The notes below the pieces were generated by a model. The model had not been told where the DNA came from and made no database searches. It saw only the letters and a program-made list of their open reading frames with translations. From Sphaerodactylus townsendi (Eukaryota): a stretch of 64,000 bases of DNA. The stretch's first letter is position 1. Each line of letters begins with the position of its first letter. Position numbers and translations under genes: made by a program. Shown piece by piece: positions 24,401 to 35,233 of this stretch. The stretch is from NCBI RefSeq assembly GCF_021028975.2, contig NC_059429.1:76756001-76820000 (forward strand). The letters are read 5' to 3'.

Positions 24401-27400
24401 CTTTAAGAAAGGATCTAGGGGGGACCCGGGAAATTACAGGCCAGTCAGTTTGACATCTGTTCCTGGTAAATTAGCAGAATCTATCATTAAAGATAAAATT
24501 ATAAAACATGTAGAAAAGCAAGACCTGCTGAGAAAGAGTCAGCATGGCTTTTGCAGAGGCAAATCCTGTCTTACAAACTTATTAGAGTTCTTTGAGGGTA
24601 TAAACAGGCATGTGGATAAGGGGGAACCAGTGGACATTGTCTACTTGGATTTCCAAAAGGCTTTTGACAAAGTTCCTCACCAGAGACTATTGAGAAAGCT
24701 CAGCAATCAAGGAATAAAAGGGGAAGTCCTCCTATGGATTAAAAACTGGTTGAGAAACAAGAAGCAAAGAGTGGGTATAAATGGGAAATTCTCACAATGG
24801 AGAGATGTCGGGAGTGGTGTCCCCCAAGGATCCGTTTTGGGACCAGTGCTCTTTAACCTATTCATAAATGACCTGGAAGTAGGGGTGGGTAGCGTGGTGG
24901 CCAAGTTTGCAGATTATACCAAATTATGTAGTGTGGTGAGAACTGCAAAGGATTGCGAAAAGCTCCAAGCGGACCTTGATAAATTAGGTGAGTGGGCTAA
25001 GAAATGGCAAATGCAGTTCAATGTAGCAAAGTGTAAAGTGATGCACATAGGGGCAAAAAATCCAAACTTCACAAACACGCTACAGGGGTCAGTGCTATCA
25101 GTCATAGACCAGGAAAGGGATTTGGGCGTCTTAGTTGATAGTTCCATGGAAATGTTAACTCAATGCATGGCAGCTGTGAAAAAGGCAAACTCTATGCTGG
25201 GGATAATTAGGAAAGGAATTGAGAATAAAACTGCAAAGATTGTCATGCCCTTATATAAAGCAGTGGTGTGACCGCACTTGGAGTACTGTGTTCAGTTCTG
25301 GTCGCCACATCTCAAAAAGGATATCGAAGAGATAGAAAAAGTGCAGAGAAGGGTAACGAGGATGATTGAGGGACTGGAGCACCTTCCTTATGAGAAGAGG
25401 CTGCAGCATTTGGGACTCTTTAGTTTGGAGAGGAGACGTCTGCGGGGGGATATGACTGAAGTTTTTAAAATTATGCATGGGGTAGAAAATGTTGACAGAG
25501 ACAAATTTTTCTCTCTTTCTCACAATATTAAAACCAGGGGGCATCCATTGAAAATGCTGGGGGGAAGAATTAGGACTAATAAAAGGAAACACTTCTTCAC
25601 GCAACGTGTGATTGGTGTTTGGAATATGCTGCCACAGGAGGTGGTGATGGCCACTAACCTGGAAAGCTTCAAAAGGGGCTTGGATAGATTTATGGAGGAG
25701 AAGTCGATCTATGGCTACCAATCTTGATCCTCTTTGATCTGAGATTGCAAATGCCTTAACAGACCAGGTGCTCGGGAGCAGCAGCCGCAGAAGGCCATTG
25801 CTTTCACATCCTGCATGTGAGCTCCCAAAGGCACCTGGTGGGCCACTGTGAGTAGCAGAGAGCTGGACTAGATGGACTCTTGTCTTATCCAGCTGGCTTA
25901 TTCTTATGTTCTTATATTTCTTATGAATGCCTCAGGATCTGCCTTTCATTTTTCCTACAGGACTGCCTAAAGTGAGGTTTCTGTGTGGTGTCACTACTCT
26001 TGTTGGGTTGGAAAGATGGGTCTTAAAGGGACCAGCAGGGACACATCTGACTCGCCAACAATTGCCCCTAAAACTTGCCTGGGCCATTTCCATCCACAAG
26101 AGTCAGGTTAGTGAATCTTCCCATGGTATCTGTTACAGCCATAGTGATCAACTATTAGCAAAAAGTAAAACTTCTTAAAGGTATCACAGCTGGTAAAATC
26201 TATATATCTGGATTCAAATCCCCACTGTTACTTCTGTCCATTCCAGGAAGGCAGCCATATTAGTCTGTTGCATCATAAAACAGAAGTCCAGACAAACATT
26301 TGTGAGTCAGAACTCACTTGATCAGATCTAGTGTCTCCATCCAAGCCAATTAAGTTTATATCTGGAGCTACAAGGAACAGATAGGCAGGTGTAAGGAGAT
26401 ATTACGAAGAGGCCTGAGAACTCTTTTAAATATGCATTGTATCACCTGCTAAGTGATTTCTATCATTTTTCTTGTCTCATTTAGACTGATGTTTGTTTGA
26501 AATCAAACCATACAATGTGGCTTTTATTTTATTTCATTTTTATTCTATGCATTACCAATTGGTCTCGACCTTGCAGGTATCTATGTCTAGTAGCCTGGTT
26601 TTAGGCTGTTTCCAATAAATACGTGGTTTGCACGAGCCATTTCCTGTTGCCTTATCTACCAACTTTTAAAATGTGACTACCATGTTTGTTCTCTACTGGT
26701 GCAAGAATGGCTTTTATTTTTTCAAGTGGTACTTTGCCCACCCCCACCCCCATTCCTGTCAGAATATTATGGTGCAACAATAGCAGCTAGTCCTAAAGTC
26801 TACAGCTCACTCTGCACAACAGACATGATACTAACATTTAACCTGTTGAAGCCCTGAAAGATTGCATCTACACTCTCAAGATATTTTTATTGGTCCAAGT
26901 AGAAGTGAAATTGCTTTGGTTTCTATGAGCCAAATGACTCTCAAATAGCTATTTTTCTGCATCTGAGCATGTGGCCACACAGGGAAAAAGTTATCTTTCT
27001 GCAAGGGTTGTTAAGGTTCTTGGGGAACAAGCTGTCTTCTATGCATGAATTGTAACAAGTAGAGAAATAGAAAATATTTATTCTTGCTACAATTACGGGC
27101 ATATAACTGTTGCTACAACTATCGATGACTTCTACAGATATTTTGTTCTCAGTATAACATCTGAATATTGCTTCATCATTTCATTAAGTAAGAACTATGT
27201 GGGTACCTTATTGCATTGTTTATCAATATTCTAGTTCTTCCAGTGAGTACTGGCTACCTTACTGACTTGTCTTTCTCCCATATTAGGGTATGTCTCTAGA
27301 CTGCGTTGAAATCTCCCTAGCTCGTGTCTTTGAATGCGGCCAGGCTTATGTAGCGCTTTCTCGGGCACGTAGCTTAACAGGACTTCGTGTTCTGGATTTT

Positions 27401-28993
27401 GATCCCAGTGCAGTGAAAGCTAATTCTTGCGTGTTGCATTTCTACCGTTGCTTGAGGAAAGAACAATTTTTAGCTCAGGTAATGTGAATCTGTTATTAAG
27501 CTGCTCTGATGAGATGTGAGTAAGCATGATATAGTAGTTAAGGTGCCGGACCAGGACTTGGGGAAACCAGGTTCTAAATTCCCCCTCACGCCATAAAAGC
27601 TTGCTGGGAGACCTTGGGTCAGTCACATACTCTCAGCCCTGACCCTGGGGGATTTCCAAGAAATACTAGGATCATGATGCAGAAGCAGGCAATGGCAAAT
27701 TACCTCCTAACATCTCTTAAGTTAGTTGCGACTTGACAAAAAAAAAATCAGATGTAGTAGTTTGTATCTTTGCATATTACGCACAGGGAAAGAAATGTAG
27801 TACATACAAGAGGAGATTTGAACACAAACCCCACTTAGCGCTGTATACCTGTGGTGCTATTCCCTCTTTCAAGAATCCCAAAGCAGCCATACTAAGTTGT
27901 TTATTTTGCTTTAGTCAGCTCTTTATAAATTATCTTCCTTTTAGTCTTTTCATGAAGTTTGATAACTGTCAGGTCTAAATACATGAAGGTGTGGGGGGAG
28001 TGTCTTTTCCACTTTTTCTTTTTACTGCCCCTCCCATTTTTTCTGATGGAAAAACTGTAAAGTTGGGAGGTGCTGAAAAACACCTCCTATGAAATTTTTT
28101 TTAGTGTGCATGAACTGGATTTAATGAAAACGTGAGCATGCTCAAAACATATACAGCTCTAAAATACAATACACCTCTGCACCTAGAAGGACATCTAATC
28201 TTCATGAGGACAATATGCAGGGTTTTCGTTGCTTCTGTTGTCCTTCTGACCTGTCTCTTCCCTGATGGATGATCTCCCTTATCGTATGACCCAAACACTC
28301 AGTCTGTGTAAAAGAAGCTTATTGCCCTTGTGGGAAGGGATAAAAGATTAGGAAATAGGTCAGAAACTGCACCAAAAATTCTGAAGGTTTCACTGAGAAC
28401 TGAGCTCTCTAACCAGTAGCTGCAGAAGGAAGATGGCATCTAGCTAGAACTGCATCTAGTTGTGCCAATATTATCATTGAACTTTTGTGTGACCCCTCTC
28501 CTCGGCCCGTAATATATTTTGTTATTTACCACAAAACTTCTGTTTACCTCCTATTTTTTCCAATCATTCACGAAACAAACATTAAAGTATGTATTTTCTT
28601 TCAAGTATTGGGTATATATGCAATTTTGCTTATGGAAAACTAAGGCATTTATAACATTTACATTCCATAAGGATGTCAAATACTGCAGTTTTATATGTCA
28701 AGTTATAAATGATGCATTTTTGTTGTTAAAACCACAAAATTGGTTTGGTTTGATAGAACAGCAAGTATTGCATATATTTTGGTGCTTCCCCAAATTTCCA
28801 ATTTTTTCCAGAAGTTTTTCCCATGGCCCCAACATTTCCAGCTATGTTGCATTAAATACAGGTCACACTGAATGCTGGTATTTCCATTCTGACTAGATCA
28901 AATGCTTCCCTATCTGAGGGATCACTTATGTAATTTATGTTTACTCTTTAGGCCTCTCTGAAATCCTACATTCAAGCTGATAAGGAAAACTGA
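15445..28993 (+). CDS. PIF1: ATP-dependent 5'-3' DNA helicase PIF1, complete, ~636 aa, 12 coding exons
   Basis: Exons 15445-16008, 17742-17871, 18294-18419, 18509-18662, 20295-20409, 20482-20588, 20951-21090, 21620-21726, 22283-22370, 25961-26106, 27287-27478, 28952-28993 (1911 nt), GT-AG, in frame. Walker A GSAGTGKS, motif Ia TASTGVAA, Walker B IIDEISM, Pif1 signature [63 protein letters not shown] at 29315-29320. Confidence 0.97.
17343..17610 (+). mobile_element. tRNA-derived SINE (older Squam3-like copy)
   Basis: Head GCATGGCATAATAGTTAAGAG...CTAATCTGGAGAACTGGGTTTGATTCCCCACT; tail ending GGGTATAAAAACAGACTCTTCTT. Confidence 0.65.
18743..18860 (+). mobile_element. tRNA-derived SINE 5' part (Squam3-like), truncated by the assembly gap
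   Basis: GGAGCAGCAGTGGCATAGGAGGTTAAGAG...GGTTTGATTCTCC...; reverse complement of the 3' half of 3173-3465. Confidence 0.75.
18861..19197. other. Assembly gap (run of N)
   Basis: 337 N within a PIF1 intron; no coding exon appears to be missing because the frame is continuous from 18662 to 20295. Confidence 0.99.
22568..23731 (+). mobile_element. Non-autonomous hAT transposon containing three ~190-bp internal tandem repeats
   Basis: 8-bp TSD GTGTTTGT (22560-22567 and 23732-23739); ends CACTGGCG...CGCCCCTG; internal repeat unit GATGATGCTGATGTTTGC...GAGATTTACATGCTT...CCTACCTCACAGGGTTGGTGTGAGG occurs three times over about 22950-23600. Confidence 0.85.
23823..25925 (+). mobile_element. 5'-truncated CR1 LINE (~2.1 kb) carrying ORF2 reverse transcriptase, inactivated
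   Basis: ORF 23865-25271 with [33 protein letters not shown] and [11 protein letters not shown]; catalytic motif mutated to FADY; premature TGA at 25269-25271, with the frame continuing to 25727; (TTCTTATG)n tail. Confidence 0.95.
27523..27748 (+). mobile_element. Sauria-SINE-like element (tRNA head, BovB-like tail)
   Basis: tRNA-like head, GCTGGGAGACCTTGGGTCAGTCACA core, GCAGAAGCAGGCAATGGCAAA..CCTC and GTTGCGACTTGAC tail plus A-run. Confidence 0.6.
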
Positions 28994-29120
28994 GACAACT
29001 GGAACAATTGTGAGCATACCTCATTCCAGTTTGTTGTTAATTTGGAAAACTATTTTTGCTGGCTGCTTTGGCTTAATTGCTCGTGTACAAAGGAGTATTC
29101 TTTTCCTCTATTACAGATCA

Positions 29121-29162
29121 CCCTAGGGCAGGTAGATACAGCCCTAGGGCAGGTAGATACAG
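29121..29162. repeat. Perfect 21-bp tandem duplication in the PIF1 3' UTR
   Basis: CCCTAGGGCAGGTAGATACAG occurs twice. Confidence 0.95.
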
Positions 29163-29902
29163 CAGAGTTGTTCCAAAGCAAAATCACATACTGGAAGAGA
29201 GGTTATTAAGCTAAAAGCTCAGTAAATATTTGTCATGATTGATTAGTCCGTTTTATTTGTGTTTAAGCCTGTATACATATGCATTGTATATGTGAAAGCA
29301 ATTTTTCACTGAAGAATAAAAAACTAATTTACAAGTACAAGCTACCTAGTCTTCCAAATTGCTTTTAAATGTGCCTTAATTTTCAGAATTCATATATTCC
29401 AGTTAGACTGACATGTAATGCTTTCAACAAAACAGGGTACTACAGTAGAAGCTTTCTGGATTAGTTTCAAGGTATTTCATTCTAGTTCTGTATTATAGCT
29501 TACACTCTGTCTTCTATATGTGTGTCTGCTTACTGCCTTGAGCGACAAGATCATGCAACACAGACTTTGTAACCAATATCTTTCATTTAAGGCAGCTATA
29601 CTTGTTGGAGCTACTTCTAATCCCAGATACAAGAGACAGTGGAAATGTAAGTATGAATTCTCTGGGACAAAGTCACCCATTTAGCAAAATGAACTGCTGA
29701 AATGATCTAAGACAAATATTGCTATTAAACAAGATAAAGCAGTACACGTAATCTACTGGAGAACACTCACAATAAGCAGATATTGTCCACAGAACAAAAT
29801 ATCAATGCTGCTAGGAAATCCATTGTAAGACAACTGTGTTTCCCTTTTAGAGTTACTATCACGCAAAAGAGACAATTCAGTACACAATCTTATTTCCTCA
29901 GT

Positions 29903-32900
29903 TCAAGGTTTCTTTTGTGCCAAAATATCTAAAGGAAGTAAGAATGAATTCACAGGGCAGATACCCAGAGACTTCCAGTCCATCACAGAAGCCCCAAGAG
30001 CATTGGCATCAGATGAGGTTGTGGAACTAGCATCTTCATGTTGTGAATGGCAATTAGTGATCTGGAACATAGGGAGAGACGTGTTATGTAATTCTCTGCT
30101 ACTGCTGTTCAGCTGGCTTGAATCCATTTGCATTCTGCTTCCCTCACCAGCATAGGGGCTATTTAACTCCACATAGCATTTGTACATGTGGCTCTTCAGT
30201 TTCATGATATCAAGGAAAACAAGCTGTTCTGGAAGAGACAGCAACAGGTCCAGGACCACAGCCGCCTCTGTAGAAATCAAAAAAATAGGAGATAATAGCT
30301 AACTACATGCTAATATAGCCATACATGCAATCTTTTGGCCTGTACCCCACTGCAGATTCTCAAAACTCTTGCTGTTTCTGCTCTGATTTGGCATTCTCTT
30401 TTCAGCAATGATGGCAGGAAAGGTTGAGTATTCCTTTTGCTTCCCTATTATTTGTTCAGATTTTTATTCTGCCTCTGAGACTTATGATAGTATACAGTAT
30501 GGACAATTACCCAGTTCGCCCATTTGTTATGAGAAAATACTCAACAGTTAATGAACCAGCTAAATATTTTAAAGTACTTCTATTCTTCTCCTATGTTATC
30601 CTATTCTTCCCTGCTTCAATTATCATGTTATTCTAATTCTCACAGATAGCAATATTAACACTATCTTTCTTTATTGATCCCAAATCAGGGAAATAATTAA
30701 AACATCATTCATTCCACTACTGCCTTCTTCCTTTAAATATAACATATTCCCCATGTTCGTACACTGCATTCTCATACTAACACAGTTGGGACAAACCAGC
30801 ATTCTTTAGCATGTTTTTTGAGCAGTCCTCAGAGATAGTGGTACAATGGCTTATTGATTTGTCTAGACTGCATTTGCCTCCTATTTGTACTGCAGAAATA
30901 TGATTGTGAAGGCCTACAGTATGTATCTCTATGTCTCAGCACTGTGAGGCCATTCATCCTTTTCCTGCTCAAACTCTACTTACCACCAGGTGAGAGTTCT
31001 GGTGCTTTGGACCCATGTGAGAGCATGGCCAGGTACTTGTAGATCTTTTCAAAGTCCACATGGAAGTCTTGCTCTTCTGCAGGAGCCTGTTCTGGGGGGA
31101 TCACGGTCTGAGAGTCTTCTGTTCTCCCTTGTACAGCTGTGGGTGAACACTGTTGGATCTTTGCATCAACAGGCTTTGGGGGCACAGAATGAAGCAAGCT
31201 AAGAGGCTCAGCAGATGCAACAGTTAGAACCTGGGAGGGTGGGAACATAAAGTCAAGAGACTTCAAATGAAGAAGTGAATCCACCCAGTGTCCAAACAGC
31301 TTAAGATTTCCTATGGAGCAGAGTGTAATTTCGAGCACTTGTCTTTTCCAAAGTAGCTGCCTTCAAAGGCACAGGCCTCACATAAAAGACAAGGTGAATG
31401 GCCAGAATGGATCACTCATGCTACTGCATTTATAACAGTAATCATCTGTTAGCAAGGTTACAAAACATACACACTTGGGAAAATGCAGTTGCCATACTGT
31501 CCTCAATACTGCCTGTCAGCTTCTCAGCCAGCCGTGTCCATACCTAAAAACAGTAAATACAAACAGTTAAAACAGATAAAGACCTGAATGCCTTCCATTC
31601 CAGTCTAACCAACACCCATAACTTTCTTTTACCTCAATAGGTGCTGGAGTTGGGCCATCCTGCCATTGGCTCTTGATGGACTGATACTGTGCCTTGACTG
31701 CTTCCTTTGCCACCTTTTTTTTAAGCAGTTCCACGAAGGCCAAGATCTGTGACAGAATATTTTATATAGTTTCAGGATAGTTGCATCTGTTTACAGTAAA
31801 ACATCCAGATCCAAATCTAGTAGCACTTTAGAAACCAACAAAATGTTCAGGGTATGAGTTTTCAAGAGTCAAAACTCCTTTTATTAGATAAAGAGCTTGA
31901 ACTTTTGGAAGCTCATATCCCAAAAATGTTGTTGGTCCCTGATATGCAACTGGACTCTAATCTAGTTGTTCCAACTATTTTAGAGACTACATGCATAGAA
32001 CACATTGAGTGAAATGTAGGAACCCTTCCACCTTTTGTTGTTCATAACTTTAAGCAATATATCTACACTTCATGTGTGTGTTGAAGTGAACCATGACTCA
32101 GGAGTAGAGGTTTTAACCTTATATCAAGCTCCTGTTCAATTCTGAAGATATTAACAAGCTGGTTATCCTTCTACCAGACACCAAACACTGAGATATTTCT
32201 CATTCACAAGAAAGGTACTGTGTTTCTCTGAAAATAAGACAGTGTCTTATATTAATTTTTGCTCCCAAAGATGCGCTATGTCTTATTTTCAGGGGATGTC
32301 TTATTTTTCCGCTCCACAGCTGCATGCTCTGGTGTTCTGTTCAACGGGCATGCTTCCAAACAAAAACTTTGCTACATCTTACTTTCAGGGGATGTTTTAT
32401 ATTTAGCACTTCAGCAAAACCTCTACTACATCTTATTCTCAGGGGATGTCTTATTTTCAGAGAAATAGGGTAGGCTCCGCAATATTTGTGTATTTTGGCT
32501 GGTTCCCCAGGCATTGGCAACCCCTAATCCCACTGTGAATTAATTTAAGCAGGTTATTTATAGTGGTTTACATCTGGGGACAGTTATATGAAACTCCCCC
32601 ATTCCTGGTGCAACTGCTGATGCAGCCCAGTGGCAATGGGGCTTCCACATGACAGTTTCCCCATCACCCAGCAATAGCCAGCTACCATCCCTTGGTTTAC
32701 TGGAGCTTTTAAAAACAAAACAGAAACAAAACAGAATCATGCATATCCCTTTATGTCCAGCAGCGGAAGAACTAGATACATTTGTTTTTAAAGTAAAAGC
32801 TGGGGGTTCAGGGAATCAATAACACACTACAATAATGTTAGATCACTATAACAATATTTAATGGCAAATTGTTTTTAAAAAGCTACCTATGGTGGGCGGG

Positions 32901-33635
32901 GGAATGGCCACCTTGGGGTTGGGAAAATGGCTGCCATTCAAGCTTTATTGTGATCTTTCCCAAAACCTTTTGGCCAGGCAGATTTGAGAAAGATCAAGGG
33001 GAAGCTGGGGAATTGCAACATAATGCTGTGAAAAAGCAGGAAGAAAATCTACCTCCAAACAGCATTGAACTTGAGACAAATGACCTTTGTCTGTTGGTAA
33101 GCCACATACAAGAGACAAAGGCTTAACCAACATAAACTTATGATCTTCTACTCTCTTGTCCCCAGTGGTAAGAACTGAAATTATTCTCCATGATCGAGAC
33201 TTTTTCAATATGTGTCAGTTACAAACCTGTACTGATTGTGCAAACCCTCTACGGATGTATATATATATATATATATATTAAAAAAACTGTTTTGGAAAAC
33301 GACGATGCACATAAACCTTTCCATCCAAGTACTGCCCAGCTCCGATTTGCATCGTTTCCCAACTATACGCATCCTTGCAAAACCCTGTTCTTCTAGGGGC
33401 CAACGCAGCCTGAGCGGAGAGAGATCTCCCCTCCCCCAGCCTATCTGAATGCACCCACCTCAGCCTCATCCCTCGCGGGCAGATACTTCTTCAGTAGCTC
33501 CGGGCGCAGCGGCCCTTCGCCGTGAGCTCTCAAGGCCTTGAGAAGGCGTCGCTTTTCTCGATCTGTCCAGACGTGGGCGACAGGGCCCTGAGCGTAGCGC
33601 GAAGGTGTCGAACGACGCCTTGCCGGCGGCTTCAT
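29903..33635 (-). CDS. SNAPC2: snRNA-activating protein complex subunit 2 (SNAP45), complete, ~323 aa, 5 coding exons
   Basis: Exons 33635-33459 (MKPPARRRSTPSRY...WTDREKRRLL...DEAE), 31746-31633 (ILAFVELLKKKVAKEAV...PAPIE), 31543-31475 (VWTRLAEKLTG...AFSQ), 31230-30984 (VLTVASAEPLSLLHS...VDFEKIYKYL...), 30267-29903 (EAAVVLDLLLSLPE...GICPVNSFLLPL...*); 972 nt, GT-AG, in frame; motifs match recalled SNAPC2. Confidence 0.95.
32216..32472. mobile_element. Tc1/mariner-type MITE
   Basis: TA-flanked inverted ends TACTGTGTTTCTCTGAAAATAAGAC...GTCTTATTTTCAGAGAAATAGGGTA; internal repeats of CTTATTTTCAGGGGATG. Confidence 0.7.
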
Positions 33636-33779
33636 GCCGGTGAAAGCAGGAGAGACCCGCTGGCCTCCTCTAGTTCGGTGTTTAATCAACTCCCTTATCT
33701 GCTCCCCCCATCCCCACGCCTCGTTCCCACAGTGATAGATCTCCGGTACTTCTCCGCACCACAGCCGCACCTTAAACCG

Positions 33780-34045
33780 AAGCCATCTGGCGTCGCATAC
33801 TAATGACGTAAATAGAAGCCGAACAAGATCAGGACTAACAGGAGGCGTGGCTAGTGAAGCCTTACCTCCATGGATAAATCGCGGTGAAGGAAGTTATTGT
33901 GGCTGGTGACGTCTCTTGTTGCTGTGGTAACAGAACGGCAGGAGGCTGGAGCTGTTTTGCTGGGATTCTGCAGGCGCGGCAAGGGACTGCCCCAGCAGGG
34001 AATCCTAAGGCCTCCGTCCGTTGCCATGGCGACAGAGCCGGGCTC
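33780..34045. promoter_or_regulatory. SNAPC2 upstream promoter region with two RFX X-boxes and two CRE sites
   Basis: TGACGT at 33804-33809, TGACGTC at 33907-33913, GTTGCTGTGGTAAC at 33918-33931, GTTGCCATGGCGAC at 34020-34033; CpG-rich over 33400-34060. Confidence 0.7.
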
Positions 34046-34218
34046 CCCCAAGCGCTGTGCAGTGGGACATATGTTTTCAAATGTGGTCTCATGTCTGGCC
34101 AGGCGATCAGAACAGCTTTAGGGATCGTTGCTCTAATTTCATTCCAAAGATCCAGCGTGCTCCAGTGAGAAGACTGGTTGTTGGTTTATTCCCCTTGCGT
34201 TATGGCAGAGGGCTGAAA

Positions 34219-34428
34219 CAGTGGCGTAGCTACCACGGGACACAGAATGTTCGCCGGGGGGGGGGGGGGGCAGCAAAAATGTATTTTTGATATTTTTTAG
34301 TATTTATTTTACTTTGGCCGTGGGGGGGGGTATTTTTGATATTTTTAGTATTTTTACTTTGTCGTGGGGGGGGGGGCAGCAAAACTCCGATTTTGCACTG
34401 GGCTCCATTTCCCCTAGCTATGTCTCTG
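34219..34428. mobile_element. hAT MITE
   Basis: 8-bp TSD GGCTGAAA (34211-34218 and 34429-34436); ends CAGTGGCGTAGCTA / TAGCTATGTCTCTG. Confidence 0.8.
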
Positions 34429-35233
34429 GGCTGAAAAGAAGCTGTGGTGGGAGCTCTGTGCCAGATCAGGACTGTGGTTCTAGGAAAGGAGCCAGGTTCT
34501 CCCATCATTAACTTCAGGACCCTCTGTGGTTCTTTACAGAAATGTGGAGCACTGCACATGCCACATGGAATTCATGACTCTACATGAATTTCTTGCTAAA
34601 GACAGTGGTCATTATGCCTGCACTGTCTCCTACACAGAAAGTCCAGTTTCAAGACTTTCTCTCACACATTGGTGGGTGAGTGCATTCTTCCTGTTCTGAA
34701 AAATGGAAGAAATGTGGGCTTCTTGCAGACTGCCTGGTGGAAGGATTAACAAGATAAGGATACTTACCACTCTGGATCTCCCAGGCAACCTACCTGACTT
34801 AAAATTGTGCCATGTCCACTGGCTAAGGTGGAGGCAGTGAAGGGAGGGTTCAAACAGCGCAGTGCAGACTGCAAGCAGCTCCATTGGAGGCAACTCTCCT
34901 GGTTATACTTTTCTGTGGGTCCAAGCCCCTGCACAAACACACTGCTTGGTTTGGTTGTAAAAGCCAGAAGGCCCAGCCATGTGTGAAGAGAACAGGAGAA
35001 GTAAATGTGGATGTCCTGGCCAGGGCTGCAGATTCCTGCACCTTGTTTTCCTGTCAGTGTATGGATGCCCCTTCAAGTGGAGCCTCTCTATAGAAGGATG
35101 TCTATTGTGGGTTGCACTAAGTCCTGGCCTATTAGTACTAAGGGCCCACTCTGTTCTTCTCCTGTCATTAAAGTGCAATGCCTCACACTTCAAGCTCTGA
35201 GACTGAGTCCCATGATGAGCACTACCACTGTAG

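Noticed and set aside
23865-25727. Longest ORF in the window (468 aa) as a host gene or domesticated RT
   Set aside because: It is a 5'-truncated CR1 ORF2 with a broken catalytic motif, an internal stop and a typical CR1 tail.
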